A stretch of 64,000 bases of DNA, from the NCBI GenBank assembly GCA_965197745.1, contig CBDANS010000004.1, forward strand, positions 64,001 to 128,000, in the 5' to 3' direction. The notes below the pieces were generated by a model. The model was not told the origin of the DNA, made no database searches, and worked only from the letters and a program-made list of their open reading frames with translations. Position 1 is the first letter of the stretch, and every line of letters starts with the position of its first letter. Of this stretch, positions 63,549 through 64,000 are shown piece after piece. The stretch comes from Opitutales bacterium (GTDB taxonomy: Bacteria; Verrucomicrobiota; Verrucomicrobiia; Opitutales; PNEW01). The position numbers were made by a program, and so were the translations under genes.

Positions 63549-64000
63549 TTAACCTAGAATTTCCTGGGGATCGTAATCGGGAATAGCACCATCCTGGGAT
63601 GCGACATAAGCGCCGAGACGACAGCAGCGATTAATAAATTCCGGATCCCGGTCGGCATCACCGTTTATAACGCCGTATGTAAACGCGGCCATAAAGGCAT
63701 CACCGGCCCCCACGGTATCCCGTACTTCCGGGGCCTTTGCGCTTCCTTTTATGAGACGGCCATTATTGTAATAAACGGCTCCCTTTTCCGCCAGCGTTAC
63801 GCACACACGGCGCACCCGTGTTTTTTCGACCAGGGTATCGATAAGACTTTCACATCCGGAGGATTTGATAGAACCCTCCGTTATTTTTTCCAGTTCTTCC
63901 TCGTTAAGTTTGAGAATATTCGTTTTTTCCGCCAGGGTGAAGACAAGATCGAGATTGTCATAGGGTGCCCTCAGGTTGACATCAAATATCTTGGTGGGCC
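63549..64000 (-). CDS. PfkB family carbohydrate kinase (5' end outside window)
   Basis: FDVNLR, LKLNEEE, DTVGAGDAF. Confidence 0.9.
   Translation of the reverse strand, partial: PTKIFDVNLRAPYDNLDLVFTLAEKTNILKLNEEELEKITEGSIKSSGCESLIDTLVEKTRVRRVCVTLAEKGAVYYNNGRLIKGSAKAPEVRDTVGAGDAFMAAFTYGVINGDADRDPEFINRCCRLGAYVASQDGAIPDYDPQEILG

Overview
A 64-kb bacterial chromosome segment of moderate GC. It is probably Verrucomicrobiota (Opitutales-like); this is inferred from the Cys-poor AccD ribbon, the long atypical PurA and the integrase type, not proven. The backbone carries housekeeping genes: accD, folC, purA, pncAB, aroC, rnhB, dprA, nnr, HIT, nrdR, trpG/pabA, tgt, a UDP-GlcA decarboxylase and secA. 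Several accessory blocks interrupt it. (1) 1-3250 is a decayed island with an S1/P1 nuclease, an unannotated tyrosine-recombinase remnant, methyltransferase and Sel1 pseudogenes, and a 24-bp tRNA 3' fragment (att-like). (2) A Kelch/NanM-like propeller is fused to a sodium:solute symporter. (3) A minor-pilin cluster precedes a stand-alone PilB-N-like protein and a PilB/GspE ATPase. (4) A catabolic block at 21.8-36 kb is rich in amide hydrolases and includes an active/degenerate amidohydrolase pair. (5) tRNA-Leu(CAG) is followed by an integrase cut by a damaged IS3-family element, an inverted extra IS left end and an N-truncated HEPN gene. (6) A co-oriented set encodes an LLM monooxygenase, a tandem degenerate FAH-domain protein and a GH127. 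Several accessory genes carry single frameshifts, and at least three families of REP-like or short tandem intergenic repeats are present. No CRISPR, rRNA, reverse transcriptase or phage structural genes were seen. All family assignments come from motif recognition by eye, not from database searches.
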